Notes under the pieces: generated by a model | The model's database searches: none | What the model saw: the letters and a program-made list of their open reading frames with translations, nothing else | Told to the model about the DNA's origin: nothing | Source of the DNA: a virus | Taxonomy: Duplodnaviria; Heunggongvirae; Uroviricota; Caudoviricetes | Reading direction: 5' to 3' (one strand) | IMG/VR virus record: IMGVR_UViG_3300029241_000122 | Span: 1-6,432 of that record | Length of the DNA: 6,432 nucleotides | Program-made: the position numbers and the translations under genes | Shown: positions 4,998 through 6,432 of the stretch, one piece after another | Position numbering within the stretch: the stretch's first letter is position 1 | Layout: each line of letters begins with the position of its first letter

Positions 4998-5786
4998 ATG
5001 AGCGAGAAATTAAAGATAGTCTATCGCCCATTACAAGAATTGTCACCGTATGCGCACAACGCCAGGACGCACAGTACTGAGCAGGTGGCACAACTGGTAG
5101 AAAGTATTAAGCAATTCGGCTGGACTAATCCGGTGCTGATTGACGAAAAGGGCGAAATTATTGCGGGTCACGGTCGTGTTATGGCGGCTGAAATGCTCAA
5201 AATGGATTCTGTTCCGGTCATTGTTCTGTCTGGCCTGACGGATGAGCAGAAAAAGGCGTACCGCTTGGCAGATAATCGCCTACCGATGAATGCTGGCTGG
5301 GATGAAGATCTGTTGCGGATGGAGCTGTCGGTCCTAATCAATGCTGATTTTGATGTCTCCCTGACAGGCTTCGGCCCGACAGAAATTGATGAACTGTTGA
5401 CGGATGTTTTGCCCGGTATAGGAAATAAGGAGGAGCCGTATACGACGAAAATTGATACGCCTGTTTATGAGCCGTCGGGCGGTAAACCGGATATCAGTGA
5501 ACTGTACGACGATACGAAAACTCAGGAGCTGATCAGCCGGATACGTTCGGCGTCCCTTGATCCTGATATTGAGAAATTCCTCCTGTGTGCGGCAGAACGT
5601 CACACGGTGTTTAATTTCAGCAGAATTGCGGACTATTACGCTCATGCCCCCGCTGAAATTCAGTGCCTTTTCGAGGAGTCGGCGCTGGTGATCATTGATT
5701 ATCAGCAGGCTATTGAAAATGGATTTGTCCGAATGACGCAGCGCATGGTGGAGATCATGCATGGCGGGGAGGAGGAATATGCGTGA
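4998..5786 (+). CDS. ParB-like N-terminal domain (ParB/Srx fold, ParB-like nuclease type) protein, 262 aa, with an uncharacterised C-terminal half
   Basis: N-terminal about 95 aa (KIVYRPLQELSPYAHNARTHS...IIAGHGRVMAA...VIVLSGLTDEQKKAYRLADNRL) fits the ParB-like nuclease domain pattern. May correspond to an intact version of the Rac ynaK region (unverified). Its stop overlaps the next gene start. Confidence 0.75.
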   Translation: MSEKLKIVYRPLQELSPYAHNARTHSTEQVAQLVESIKQFGWTNPVLIDEKGEIIAGHGRVMAAEMLKMDSVPVIVLSGLTDEQKKAYRLADNRLPMNAGWDEDLLRMELSVLINADFDVSLTGFGPTEIDELLTDVLPGIGNKEEPYTTKIDTPVYEPSGGKPDISELYDDTKTQELISRIRSASLDPDIEKFLLCAAERHTVFNFSRIADYYAHAPAEIQCLFEESALVIIDYQQAIENGFVRMTQRMVEIMHGGEEEYA

Positions 5787-6381
5787 TGATTTTTGCGCCT
5801 TTATTCTGACTCACGGACGACCGGAAAAAGTTCTGACTTACCGGACGTTGCGTCGTGCTGGCTATACCGGGAAAATTTTTATCGTTGTTGATGATGAAGA
5901 TAAGACACGGCATCAGTACATGGCTGAATTTGGTGAACAGGTGCTGGTATTTTCCAAAGCCGATATCGCCAGTCGTTTTGACGAAGCCGATAATTTTGGT
6001 GACCGCCGCTCAATTTTTTACGCCCGTAATGCCTGTTTCGACCTGGCAAAACTGGTCGGGTGTAAATACTTCATTCAGCTCGATGATGATTATCACGAGT
6101 TCCAGTTTCGGGTGGATCGCAACTATGACCAGGCCTATTTCCCGATAAGGAAACTGGATGCGATCCTTTCTGAAATGCTGGCGTATTACGAATCAATACC
6201 CGCGCTTTCCATCGCTATGTCGCAGGGCGGGGATTTTCTTGGTGACAATGGCGGCCATGCTTCGTGGGTGAAACGCAAGGCAATGAACAGCTTTATCTGT
6301 TCGGTTGATCGACCGTTCTCATTCATGGGGCGCATTAACGAGGATGTGAATACGGGTAATGCTGCCAACTTACTGATTTAG
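5779..6381 (+). CDS. GT-A fold glycosyltransferase-like protein (family-2-like), about 200 aa
   Basis: Motifs CAFILTHGRP...KIFIVVDDED and RRSIFYARNACFDLAKLVGCKYFIQLDDDY fit the GT2 pattern (strand-helix-strand with acidic patch, then ARN...G.Y..LD.DD, the DxD motif). Strong SD GGAGGAGG before ATG 5779, which overlaps the ParB-like stop by 8 nt. An in-frame ATG at 5761 is an alternative start. Confidence 0.6.
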   Translation: MRDDFCAFILTHGRPEKVLTYRTLRRAGYTGKIFIVVDDEDKTRHQYMAEFGEQVLVFSKADIASRFDEADNFGDRRSIFYARNACFDLAKLVGCKYFIQLDDDYHEFQFRVDRNYDQAYFPIRKLDAILSEMLAYYESIPALSIAMSQGGDFLGDNGGHASWVKRKAMNSFICSVDRPFSFMGRINEDVNTGNAANLLI

Positions 6382-6432
6382 TGTATGATGGTGATTTTAA
6401 GGTGCTTGCGTGGCTTCCATTTCCATCAGATG
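6381..6432 (+). CDS. Partial ORF running off the window end (VYDGDFKVLAWLPFPSD...); either a coupled downstream gene or a -1-frame continuation of the glycosyltransferase-like gene
   Basis: GTG 6381 overlaps the TAG stop 6379-6381 by 1 nt. The frame is open from 6360 to the window end. Confidence 0.3.
   Translation, partial: MYDGDFKVLAWLPFPSD

Larger units (their letters stand above)
1..6432 (+). mobile_element. Segment of a defective lambdoid (Rac-like) prophage; all supported genes are on the + strand
   Basis: Rz/Rz1 spanin remnant sits directly upstream of trkG, as in the Rac prophage. Small overlapping ATGA-coupled ORFs, a hok toxin locus and alternating GC/AT blocks indicate morons. 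Q antiterminator, holin and endolysin are absent, so the lysis region is decayed. No integrase or att site lies in the window, so the element boundaries cannot be given. Confidence 0.7.

Noticed and set aside
4799-5080. Plus-strand 93-aa ORF spanning the trkG end and the ParB-like start
   Set aside because: Crosses the predicted terminator and overlaps two better-supported genes out of frame.
5334-5762. Minus-strand ORF of 142 aa
   Set aside because: Antisense to the ParB-like gene; no RBS; shadow ORF.
5855-6148. Plus-strand 97-aa ORF in an alternative frame of the glycosyltransferase-like gene
   Set aside because: Out-of-frame internal ORF; the glycosyltransferase motifs are in the other frame.
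6186-6368. Minus-strand ORF of 60 aa
   Set aside because: Antisense to the glycosyltransferase-like gene; no support.
1-6432. CRISPR arrays, tRNA or rRNA genes, IS elements with terminal inverted repeats
   Set aside because: No regularly spaced repeats, no tRNA-like cloverleaf candidates and no transposase-like ORFs were seen.

Overview
This window is a plus-strand slice of a degraded lambdoid, Rac-like prophage from an Escherichia-type genome. Every identification below comes from reading motifs by eye; no database search or folding program was run. Left third (1-1340): translationally coupled small ORFs - a Cys/His zinc-ribbon-like protein, two small acidic proteins, and a frame-disrupted ORF carrying two in-frame A_AAA_AAG heptamers. 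Middle (1340-3270): an AT-rich islet with a 59-aa two-helix membrane protein bracketed by ~30-bp imperfect direct repeats; a hok/gef type I toxin locus (promoter, hok-leader homology, mok-like leader ORF, candidate antisense promoter, terminator) whose toxin ORF is interrupted by a 31-N run and carries an in-frame TGA; and remnants of a Cys/His-rich protein and of the lysis cassette (N-truncated Rz with intact embedded Rz1, but no Q, holin or endolysin). Right (3270-6432): the low-GC K+ transporter gene trkG, then a translationally coupled pair - a ParB-like N-terminal-domain protein and a GT-A-fold glycosyltransferase-like protein. That pair is the best candidate for an undescribed accessory module (DNA modification, defence or anti-defence). 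No rRNA, tRNA, CRISPR array or IS element was seen.
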